Origin: Pocillopora damicornis
Taxonomy: Eukaryota
Assembly (NCBI RefSeq): GCF_003704095.1
Contig: NW_020845073.1
Location: forward strand, 1,240,001-1,304,000
Direction: 5' to 3'
DNA length: 64,000 nucleotides
Shown here piece after piece: positions 28,272 through 46,996 of the stretch. The notes beneath the pieces were generated by a model, which was given only the letters and a program-made list of their open reading frames with translations, ran no database searches and had not been told where the DNA came from. Within the stretch, counting starts at the first letter, position 1, and each line of letters begins with the position of its first letter. Position numbers and translations under genes: made by a program.

Positions 28272-29009
28272 TTAAGAGGCAAGTTGAGTTATACCAACGG
28301 CGCTATCATTTTGTTTCTTTGAATACATAGTTGACTCTTATCGATTACTGATGTTCCATTTTTTAATCTTTTGTTTCCATTTTAGTATTTTTTTTTCACT
28401 TAATCCACCGATAGGTGGTCAATGTAAAAAGCCCTAGGTAATAACTAATAAATATTAGTACTGAAGTTTGGGTGTTTTTGTTGTCGCCTCCTCTTCGATG
28501 ATAAGTTCCGTGCATCACTACAAGTACTGAAAACTCACTCTAAATAATACCTAGTAATTAACTCACGACGGTCATTAGGCCTCCTGCATCGATGTGTCAA
28601 AGTTTGCCACGGCCTCATTAAGATCGTTTCACCTTTTCCAGCTCCCTTCAGTTTTTAGTTGGGCATTCTTTTCATCTCTGCTGTTCTTGAAATTCTTTAT
28701 CATAAAATTTATAACGTACTTCAAAAGCGAGGCTTGGTGGCGAAAGTAGCTAGTCTTACGTAAACGTGCAAAAGCGCTATTAGATCAAAGTCAATGTTCC
28801 TGTGGCTTGTGGTGGTTAAGAAATGACCTCTCAATAGAAATTGATGTTTGGTTGCTACTTAAAATAACGGTCTTGACCAAAATCATGGAAACATTTGGTG
28901 CCATCCAGGACAGATGCACTTTAGATTGAATATACCGCGTTCAATGACCAAAACAGAATAAACGGTAAGATTCTATTGACGGATTCAACCATTAGTGTTT
29001 GATTTTAAA

Positions 29010-29226
29010 TTCTAGGGTCGGATTTTAGACTCAAGTGTCTGTTTTGAGACCTTAGTGTCCGATTTTAGGAGCTAGTGTCCGATTTAGAATTTTAGTGTCC
29101 GTTTTAGACACTCGTGTCCAATTTTGGGCATCGCGTTCGATTTTAGAAATTAGTGTCTGATTTTATACACAAGTGTCCCAGTTTAGACACTAGAGTCTTC
29201 TTTGGTTCACTGAGTGTCCGATTTTA
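29010..29226. repeat. Degenerate minisatellite, unit about 20 bp (agtgtccgattttagacact), about 10 copies, upstream of ILF2
   Basis: Repeated gtgtcc/gattttag units. Confidence 0.85.
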
Positions 29227-29782
29227 ACGGGGTGAGAAAGACTGAGTTTCTTCTAATTTTTCTTTAATTCGTTCGGGCTCCTGTTTAGTCTATACCATAA
29301 AAACTATTTGCGATGGATAATTTAAAGAGATTCTCAGACCTCATAGTTGAATATTTGGCCATAGTTGGTAGAAGTAAGAGGTAGATTGCCTTTGGTAAGC
29401 GACGACATGTGAGATTTCACTCCGCCATTCTGCCTAGCCATGAACGCTTGAGGATGTCATTTCCTCGGTCAGCGGAAACAAAGAAAGTACCCGGATGATC
29501 TACCATGTGATTCAAAACAGCCGGGAAGTACTCTGTTGTTGTTGATGTCGATGAAAGACACTCTATTTAGTGTTTTTAGGGTATGTAGAATTTTGATTTC
29601 CTAAAACTTACGTTATTCTTGAAATTATGTGATTGCTTGGATCACATCTATCTCGAAAGAGACGTCGTAAATCGTTAATTTCCGCCGTGTCGTTGTCGGA
29701 GTTATAGCACTACAAACTTGCAAAGAATTTCTAGTATACATGTAATTTGTCGGTTGTTGTCCTTTGTAGACGTAGAGGAAAA

Positions 29783-37106
<7,324 letters not shown>

Positions 37107-37798
37107 ATTGTGGTTAGTAGTTAGTGGTTAGTAAGATTGGTTCTATCTGCAGTAGAGCTTTGCCTGTAACACGCTAAAAGAAGTGCATACGTTCACTAGG
37201 TATTGATGCCTGTGATAGACTACTACTCAAAGTGTTCGTCGGTTGTAAAGCCAGCTATATACAAACATTTTAACCAACAGCTGGAAGAAAGAGGAAACGA
37301 AATTTTAATTAGCTTTCCAGAAGATTTTCCGTTCTTCATGTCTTTCAGTATTATTTAACGCAGTTCAAAGCATAATCCTATCACTGTTATTGTCTTACTT
37401 TCGAAGAGACTTCAAACATTGAAACGCCTCACACTAAACTGCTCCTTATCTTTTCTATTTTCAGACTTTCCTTTTCTTGGACCTATTGGACCACTCGGTG
37501 TAATGCAGATTTAGAGTTCTTTTGTAAATTATTGTGTTTATTTCGCGATGTATAACAACAACGGATGTTTAGCATTAAAATTGTAGACTTTGTTCTTTAC
37601 ATGCCTGTGTTCCCTCTATAGTTCATTTATTTTCTGTGTCAAATAACAACTCAGGGGCTTTGGGACTTGACTTAACGCTTTCCATGGCAATTCTCTCTAC
37701 TTGAGAGAAATCTTATGAATATCTAAGGTAGAGTTTCTTGTCGCAATGAAGCAACAACAGCAACAACCCAATTGTTCGTTAAATTTTTTTTTTCTCCT

Positions 37799-40700
37799 CT
37801 ATACAATTTGAACTTCTTTTACAAGTTGACACAAATCAAGGGTTGAATCCCAAGAATGACTTTGACTCTTGGCAAATTTCTGTAATTTCATGACTGAGTT
37901 GTGAAAAATATTTTTAAGAGCGTCAAGGGATTTCTTCTCTTCACAGTCCGTTTGGTATCTAAGCTGTGGAAGAGCGATCACGATCTCGTTTACTTCCCCC
38001 TCGATTCCGATGGTGTAAAGCTCAGGAAAAACAGCCCGAAGATCGCTGACAACTTGCTCTCTCAGGAAGGTATTGCGGCAAACCAAGTTCAAAACGAACA
38101 CTCCTGAAAAGAGAAGAAAACCTTAGGAGGCAGGTTACCCCTTACAATTCGACCACATATGGGCCAGAGATAGAGAAAATGAATATAAACCTCGTTAAGA
38201 TAAACCTGTGGTTCTCTTTAAACTATGTGAAAGTGTAGTCTGATCGTGTGGGTGAGTGCAGTCCTGAGAAGGACTGTTGTCTGTTGTAGTGATTGATGTT
38301 TCGACAACCTGAGCGGAAGTCATCTTCACCACAAGCGAGCGACAAGAAAATGTGATGTCAAGAATCACATTGTTGAATATCATCACCTTACGAACCACAC
38401 TATCGACTGCGCAATGCATCATCGGCCTACAGCACTAATTATTTTCAACGGCTGACTCTAGAAAGCTGGCTCACTAACTTACAACGGACTTCCCTAAAAA
38501 GGTGTCAGCTACTACCGGATCCACACGAACGACTTACTCACGAAATCAACATCACAAACGAACCGAACACGATGACCTAACTTTACCGACGACACTTTCA
38601 CATAGTTTGCGCCACTCGAGTCCTCACGACTAAACTTAACAATCAGTTCACACGAACCGGACTTCACATTCGACTGAAAACAACTACTAACTTGACTCTG
38701 ACGATGACTTCCGCTTAGCTCATCGAAACGTCTGGCAGTCACTACTACAGACAATAGTCCTCAGGGCTACACTCACCCTGACGATCAGACTTTACTGTCA
38801 CATGTTACCCCCGGGTTCAAGCCATTTATTGTTTTTAACTGTTATAAGCACTTAAACTTAAGCATGAAATCTGGGGCAGTCGAAAAATAAATTGAAAAAG
38901 GAAATGCACAAGTTAAAATATGGTTGGAATGGCAAAGAAGTTTACTTCACACTAAAAGGAGATAAATTTAAATCCACCGCCGCAGCGTGTTGAAAGCGAT
39001 GTGCAGGCTGGATGCTTTGGATTGTCTGGCACCCAGTTGCACGAAAACCCTACCCATTTAAGTCCAGTAAAATCAGGAGCACATAACCTACGTTATATGC
39101 ATTTGTTGAAATCACTTGCTTGTAATTTAAGATGCAGTCGTTCCCCGTGAACCTTTCAGAAAAGCTCTCTAAAAATGCCCATTCTTCCTTAGTCAACTCT
39201 CTCTCCAAACACCAGCGACTGACCTGAAGGAGATAGCAGGGAGTGAACCTGTTTGAGAAACGCTCTATCCACGAAGGCCTGTGGCGGACAACTCATTCCT
39301 ACGCTCGTATCTTTAGAATCCACGTCAAAGATAATCACATCATAGCTTGGAGTGCTCTCTGACAAATGGTAAAATATGAAACAATAATGAAAAACAGAGA
39401 GACACTTCACGGTTTCTTATGGGCACCAAGAGAGGGTGGGTAATAGACGTAAGTAATCATCGCGAAAATTCAACGGTAAGAAAGTAATTTCGTTCGTCTT
39501 ACGATGGAGCTACTTGCGATGTGGATCGCGATGTGTCAAGTGCTTTCCGCTTGTCTTCTCCAGGCTAAGCCTTGTTGGTTCATGACTTTTTGTGTAACTG
39601 GTCGACTCCATCACCTAGAGATTAGCAGTTGGCAACCGAAATGCCATTCGTATCGTAGGTAGCTTGTTCCAGGCCTTCAGTTGACGAAACGGAACGCAAC
39701 TCATAGTAAACAGCGCGATGGCAGCGGACGAATGAAATAACGGGGTAGATTTGGGTCGGGTAGCGCCACGACCCGAACAAAACTGCAGCCCTTTTTCCGC
39801 AGCGCCTCTCAGTTTATCGCGCCTGGAAGAGGCTACATCGAAGGGCACTATATCGTGAGACAAACGTCAATACTCTAATTTCATTATATCCTCATCGATG
39901 GCATAAACATCCTGTGGTCCTCTTTTGGGTAAAGAAGTGTTCTAAAAAGTTTAAGATCAGAAAACAAACCTTTGGATCGAATATATTTCAATCCGTCTTC
40001 AATTATGACTTGCATTCTATCATCTTCTTTGAACTCAAACCAACTATTGGCAATTTCAGAAATGGATGGATCTAGTTCTACGACCTCTACAGAAAGCTGT
40101 GAATCAAAGAACAAATATCAATCAAGGGCGATATAAATAAAACAAGATTTCAGCAATATATTGAAAATTGTAGTAAACATGGTATGGGGTGCACGTCATT
40201 GAGCTAAATTCAACGAGTAAACAGTCATCAGGAGATAATAGAGGTCGAAAGCAATTATTAGTAGAAGTCATGGGGCATAAATTCTACTTGTTGAAAGAAG
40301 AAAGAGTACAGGCCACTTTCTACCGCTAGGAAGCACAAACTACTGCAAGTCGGTTTTCGACGAAAGTAGAACAAGCTGTTATCAGAGGAGCGGACGCAAA
40401 GTATGAGAAAAGTGTGAACAAGCGCGAGGGACAGCATACGAAAAAAGCCACAGAGAGTGAATGCGGGATGTCCATCGTGTTTTGAGCTTCTTTGTAAATT
40501 TGTTTGCCTTGCTTTGCTTTCCTCTTCCGCACGTAATTCAACATTCGCGCTTAGCTCCAATCCAATGAAAAAAAAGTAGAAATTAACGAACAATTACAAC
40601 ATAAAGGCTTAAAGTAAGTAATATCCTAAATGTCAGGGTTTATTTTCAATTTTTTTTAATTTTCATATTATATCTTAAAATTACCTTCTTGAAGTATTGA

Positions 40701-42084
40701 TGCAGAAACATTGCCAGTCCTCCACCACCGAGGCCAACTATCAAGCCTTTCCTCTTTTCGTCTAAGATTGTACATAATCAGAGACATATTATACAGACAA
40801 CGATACTTAACATTATTACTCAAAGAAAGTCAATTATGAAAAATGTTTGGATGCAGAGGACCACACGGCGAAGAATTGAAATTGCTTGGCTTCTCTGTTG
40901 CCAAATCTCTGGTTCAAGAGATACATGAACTTGAAGTCACTGCTGCTGTTCATAAAACCATATCCATTAAAGGCCAACATAACGCTGAATGTGCAAACTT
41001 GATTGGCCCAACATCGTTCCCAGGGTCTTTTCTCCTCCTCCCAGGTGAAAGAAGGGAGTCAGAGAGAGAAACCTGGAACGAGGTTGTGATTGCTCAAACT
41101 TCGAATTCAGAAATTTTCTTTCCTGGTTTTTTGTTTCACAGTTTTTTTTCTCCATTTAGAACAAAATCTGAAACGTGATTTGCTAAAGCATTTCAGAGCC
41201 GGTCGCAAAATAGTTTACCGTTCGCGGGAATACTATTTCGTGGTTGATGGAACCCGTAAAAATTGCCATGCTACACGCTGGACCACGATGGCTTACCTGT
41301 GGTACAAAATCCCTCGATCCAGGCCAGGCCGGTGACAATCACTCTGTGATGCTGACAAGCTAAATACCCATGATCCACTCGGGGACTGCTGTTGTTATGA
41401 ACCTTTGCCTTCTGTTTTCCTTTGCCCTTTTTAACATTTGTTCTGTCTGTATAAACGGTGCAATTGTCATTATTACAATATTAGCGAGTTATAAATAACA
41501 ACAGCATATGATAAAGCAATTTTCAAACGGGTGTTGAAAGGAACTCGGGATTATATCGGTTTTGCTTTACTTTGCTCTGTGATTGGTACAGAAAACTCGT
41601 GCCACTCTCCAATCAGGTGCGAAACAAAAACCAACCACGACTTGGTCGCTTTTGGTATAACTGAAGTACTATACATGATTTCATTGGTTGAAAACCGAAC
41701 ATTTATTTTAAAGATAAACACCAGAGAACTTAAATATATCAAAGTTAAGTTGCAAGTTACAGAAATACACCACAACATTTAATAGTTATAAAAAAACAAC
41801 AACGACAACAAAAAATAACTCGGTATCTTAGAAAAACCATCAGAGACTGTGTAAATTCTTAAACCCACGCAGCCCACTCAATTGACAGGTAATTTAGTGT
41901 TAACACCTGAGTTGAAAACGTAAATTGGCCACCATAAAGAGTAAAAAAGCTGACGTTTCGAGCGTTAGCCCTTCGTCAGAGCGATTGATGAAGGGCTAAC
42001 GCTCGAAACGTCGGTTTTTTTTACTCTTTACGGTAGCCAATTTACGTTTTCAACTCAGTTATAAACACTACATTACCTGCTATA

Positions 42085-42117
<33 letters not shown>

Positions 42118-45100
42118 AAAACTTATCCCCTTTATCCATCAGTCAACTGACAAGCAATTGCTTCCTATTGCTTAAACGAAAAAGAACCAAATAAGAGACG
42201 TGCCCTTATTTTTAAGACAAAAGCATACCATGCTTTTACTTCAACGGGCTTTCAACGTTATGGATTCCATCAATTTCATCAATCCCAATAATTTTGCAAA
42301 AATGGGACATTTTCAGTTTCGCGAAATTTATTAGTCGAAATTCAAAATTAATCCGAAATTACTTTGGTTTCGCGTAACTTTAATTCGCTTCGTACCAGCC
42401 TCTAAACTGATCAGATACAAAATTAAAAGCAATCGCGACTTAGTCACACGTGTTTCACGCACTTCAAGCAGTTTGCCTGTCACAGGCAAGTTCTAATTAG
42501 CCAATGATGGTTTAAACCTTTATTCTCATTGACTGTCGTGATTACTTCGGTTTAAGTGTTTCGCCACTTAGTTAAAACCTGCTTAAAGAAAAGTTCACCT
42601 GTTATTAGTCGGGCCTCTGACTGCACTACGTTCTTGTTGCTAAGAAAAACGAGTCGTCGAAATTTCTGTCCTCCATCCCCGTCGACATCTTCCACAACAT
42701 AGTCTCCACTCGACTGTGAATTTCCTTCATACAAAACTACACGGTTTCCAAGATCTTCACCGACAGAAAGGAAGGGTACCTTAAAGATGAAAAGAGAAAA
42801 ACTATTTTAAAACTTAACCCATACATTACAAATGCCTCCTTTTAGATCTTCTGGAGTCNNNNNNNNNNNNNNNNNNNNNNNNNNNNNNNNNNNNNNNNNN
42901 NNNNNNNNNNNNNNNNNNNNNNNNNNNNNNNNNNNNNNNNNNNNNNNNNNNNNNNNNNNNNNNNNNNNNNNNNNNNNNNNNNNNNNNNNNNNNNNNNNNN
43001 NNNNNNNNNNNCCCCCCCCCCCCCCCCCCCCCCCCCCGCCTTCCCTTGCATCTCGCCACGTATGAAAATTGGGACACTTCTCAAGCAGCTATTAGATGTC
43101 TGGTTTGAGAGAGACACTGCAAAGTAAATTGTCTCACCCTAGAAAATAAATTCATATTAAATTCGATTTACCTGTGCATTACGGCTAAGTTTTCGAGGAG
43201 CAAGTTCCATGACTTTGGTTGACAATTCACCCTTAATAGCATCCATGTCAGTAAAGGTGTGTCCTCTCCCAAGAGTCACAACCACAACACGCTCAAAACC
43301 TGCATTTGTACTGAGTTCTGTTTGTCCTTCTTTTGACGAAAATAACCATTCTGTTTCCCTTCCTGTGAAAAAAAAAACTTAACTTGAACTCTCAATTATA
43401 ACGAAACAAACTGAGCTAAATAAACATTTAAAAAAACAACGTGCAGTGTACACTAATAATGATAATGATCACAATTACAACATTATGACAAAGATGATTT
43501 TAACAGTAACGATGACGGTAACGACGACGGTAACAATGACGATAACGATAACAATAGTGCTAGTGCTAATGATGATGATGAAGATGAAGATGATGCTAAT
43601 GCTAATGCTAGTGACAAAAATAATGATTAAAATAATAATAATAATAATAAAAATTAGAGATTCAACCATATTACTGTTCACAGGCAGAATTGGAATTTAG
43701 AGATGTTTCAGTTTGTTTGCTATCTAATATTGACCAGAGAGAAAATCGCCTTCTAATTACATTATCCAGTCTTTAACAACCAGGGCCTGAATTTTACACA
43801 CAAATAGATTAATAGCATCAACTACTGCATATTGAATCTTACTTTGTTGACAGAGGTCTTTAGTTTTCCTACTTTTCTACCATAAAACTTGTCCAACATA
43901 TTACCTTGTGGTACAATAAATATGGCAAACTTTCCATTCTTTGCCAATGAAGGTTGAATGTCTACAATTGCCATTGAATAACGAGGTTCACTTCTTTGTT
44001 TTTGACCTCCAGATGATAAATACAAGTCTACATTGAGGTGCTGCTTGGGTCTCAACTTTTCTGCAGGAAAACAAAGCAAAGCAGTAAAGGAATAAAATTG
44101 AGTAAAACAGAAGTGAGAGCATGGAGAGATGATTGAAATGCTGGTGGAGCAGAGAGTTGCATTCTTGAGGTGGTGTCTACCCCAAGGCATGGGAACACTC
44201 CTGGTGAGTGGAACATTACACAAACTAAGCCAATATTTACCAACGAGTAGACAGGGTAGAGGAGCAGTGTAGGAGTTAGTGCAATATAAAACAACATAAG
44301 TAAATAGCACAACTTTAAACAGGTGGAGGATAGGATGTTATAATCATAATGGGAACACCTTGCCAAACATTAAAAAATGAACTTCCATTTCTCCTAAATA
44401 TTGTGTAAGAAGTTCAAGGTGTTCACTGTCTATTGTGGTGCAAGACCTCTCTTATGGTATAACATTTTAACAAAGGGTTGATTTCCAAATAGAAACAGAA
44501 AATGCATTTGCTGTTAGGGTTCCCATTCTAAGATGGACAAGGTGATTTAATGTTGTTGTTTTGTAAGGGACAGCTGGGAAATGTACACAGTTTTAAAATG
44601 TATGCACAGGGCTGTTTCTCTGCTCATTTAAACTTTCTATTACTTCATTGCATTCTTGTTTCCAGTCACTACCAAGGGCTTCTTTAAGATCATATCTAAA
44701 AACAGCACTATTGACCAGCATTGTCTCTAGCTGTACTTGGCCTAAACTGCATTTTCAAATTTCTTGGAACTGTTGCACCATTCACAATGAATCAAAATTT
44801 AAATTTTACGATCTTCATAAATCTTGCATTTGATAACAAGCCTTTGTTTGAGAAAAGAGTCTTCACTCTAGATTAAAGATTGCACTGGAGAAAAACCACA
44901 GCAATTAAGCTTAGAGAAATAGTTCAACAAAGCACTGTCTTACAATCATACCAAGAGATTTCCTTGTGATGAAATACTGCTGGATTTCTTGAAGATTAGT
45001 CTTGACTTCCGAAAAACAATTCAATCTCTGGATGCTTTCTGTTCCCTCAAGGCATACTTCAATGATTTTTAATGGCTGACTTGATAAACCTAGATGTATA

Positions 45101-46763
45101 TAAATCATGTATACATTTAAAAAAAAAAAGCAGCAAATAAAAGCAAACCTATAGATTGCATAAGACAATCTGTGTCTAACATTTGCACCAATTGGCACAG
45201 TCATTCTGAAAACTATTCCATTAACTAGCATTCTTCCAGCCGAAGTACATGACCAATGCCAGAGGTTCCTTGTTATTTTATGATTAAGTATTCCATAGGC
45301 ATGTCAAATTTGCAATGTGTTAATAAGCTGACTAAAGTTATCATTATAGACAAGTCCACTTAAATTTTATTCAAAAAAATGAGAACAAAAATTCATAACA
45401 TAGTTATCCTACTGAAATGCAGGACAAATAAAAACAGTCTTCAAACATATACTCTCAATTTCTGTGTGACAGTTTATTTGAATGGGCTTTGTCCTCATTA
45501 AATATCACACAGTAGAAATCTCAAGCTCATATCCTTCTAGCTAATGCGTCACTACCCAAAGAATATTACACCCACTTTATCTTCCTTGGAATAGATTGTC
45601 TCAGCCTGCACACCACACAAGTATGGTTTATAATAATCACCTGCAGATTTTGTCTTTGTCAAGATAAAACAAAACAAGGGAAATGAAACCAATTTTCCAT
45701 CTAATAATTCTGTGTTCAGCATGTGCACCCTAAAGAACCATCCAGATGAAAAATAGACCAGAAGTTTATCCAAAACATCTGTTGTCGCCAATGAAAAACA
45801 AATATATCGGCCACCAACTTTCAAAAGGCGTTGTACTGCTTCAAAATGTTGTGCAAAATCATATAACTCAAAAGAAGATTGTTCTTTACGTATCATGTCC
45901 AGTTCTCCCTTGTCTATTAGTACATTGAAACTATCAGCTTCATCATCAATCTGAAAAAAGCAAAAACATATAAGCTCTAATAGATACTTTCCAGTGGCAT
46001 TACAGGCAAAGTTACGGAAAAAAACTTTAATTAAAACTTTTAAAGAAAATTGGTCAGTGAAAATTTGAGTCATCAGCTCCAACAAAATAGAATCTAGAGG
46101 CACTTTCAAAATGATTTTTCTTGGAAATACAATGTTTGTGATTTCAAAAATTACATATGTAGAATAATTTTATTATTTTACCTCTAACCTGACCTATGCT
46201 TTACCCAAGGATAATGGACGCTGACTGGGGATGTGAGTTATATGTCTATGGATAAATTTCACAATTACTTATTCTCTCTTCTGTTTGCTGTACATAACTT
46301 GTGAGGTCACAACTATTTGCTTTCAAAGCGGATAGATTTGTATATTTTCATAGCTTGGTTTCTGAATAATGTATCGAAGTAGTATAGAGAAGTTACGTGT
46401 GGATCGTGTATAAATAGACAGCTCTTTTACTTTAAAGCCTTTCGCCACAACGAATTGAATTTCAGGTCTGTTCTCTTTGTTCCTTTCTTTTGCAGTAGAA
46501 ATGTTCTTTTCAGAGCTGTCCACCCCAACGACAGCATGGAAGCCTGCATCGTACAAATCTTCGATAAAGAGAGTTTCTCCATCACTTGTCGATTTGCAGC
46601 CAGTTGCTAAAATTCGATCGCTCGCTTTGCAATACTTATGTAGATAAAATTTCAGTTCTCTATAGTTCCCATAGCAAAAGTCAGATTCAACTTGCTCGCA
46701 AAACAGCTGACTTTGCCGTTGCTTGAATTCAGCATTGATGGGACTGCGAAATATGAACGACAT
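37799..46763 (-). CDS. METTL13: eEF1A lysine and N-terminal methyltransferase. 11 exons: 46763-46431, 45950-45641, 45089-44952, 44060-43905, 43362-43172, 42779-42599, 41446-41297, 40761-40685, 40096-39970, 39358-39224, 38103-37799
   Basis: [113 protein letters not shown]. All introns are GT-AG and in phase. Confidence 0.93.
38225..38830. mobile_element. Penelope-like element remnant: two inverted terminal-repeat copies (38225-38328 on -, 38694-38805 on +) with hammerhead-like cores
   Basis: Both copies read TGA(A/C)GATGACTTCCGCT.AG....TCGAAAC.TC...cactcaccc..acgatcagact in opposite orientations. Confidence 0.6.
41560..41650. repeat. Dispersed repeat family; related copies at about 26240-26390, 32270-32480, 42360-42552 and 50500-50600
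   Basis: Shared motif ccaatcag.tgc.aaa..aaaaccaatcgcgacttggtc and its reverse complement. Confidence 0.55.
41886..42079. mobile_element. Near-perfect palindrome (arms about 95 bp) with back-to-back minimal hammerhead-ribozyme-like cores, likely Penelope-derived
   Basis: caggtaat..ctgagttgaaaacgtaaattggc..gacgtttcgagcgttagcccttcgtcag / ttgatgaagggctaacgctcgaaacgtc..gccaatttacgttttcaactcag..attacctg. Confidence 0.8.
42859..43011. other. Assembly gap (153 N) followed by a poly-C run
   Basis: Run of N inside a METTL13 intron. Confidence 0.99.
43455..43650. repeat. Degenerate trinucleotide microsatellite (ATG/ACG/ATA)n
   Basis: Low-complexity triplet array. Confidence 0.9.
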
Positions 46764-46996
46764 CCCGTCCACGCTTTGCCTGAATGATACTTCCGTTCAC
46801 TAAGCATGAACTACTACATTAACCGCTGGTCCTCTCATTAACCGCTCGCGGCTATTGTGTACTTCGCAGGGATCCGCAGGGGTTGGGACGAGGAGGGAGC
46901 GAGTCTGGTCACGATTTATAAAAAGTCAGATTTGGAGGAGGCACATCGAGGGGGCAGATATCTTTCGCTTTGGTCTCAGGAAGAAATCTCGTCAGA
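46764..46996. promoter_or_regulatory. Probable bidirectional promoter between METTL13 and the selenoprotein gene
   Basis: Divergent ATGs only about 230 bp apart, locally GC-rich, TTTATAAAAA at about 46915. Confidence 0.6.

Noticed and set aside
40258-41178. 111-aa ORFs within METTL13 introns
   Set aside because: No motifs; they overlap repeat-like intronic sequence.
43446-43700. Hydrophobic Met/Ile/Thr-rich ORFs on both strands
   Set aside because: Translation of a trinucleotide microsatellite.
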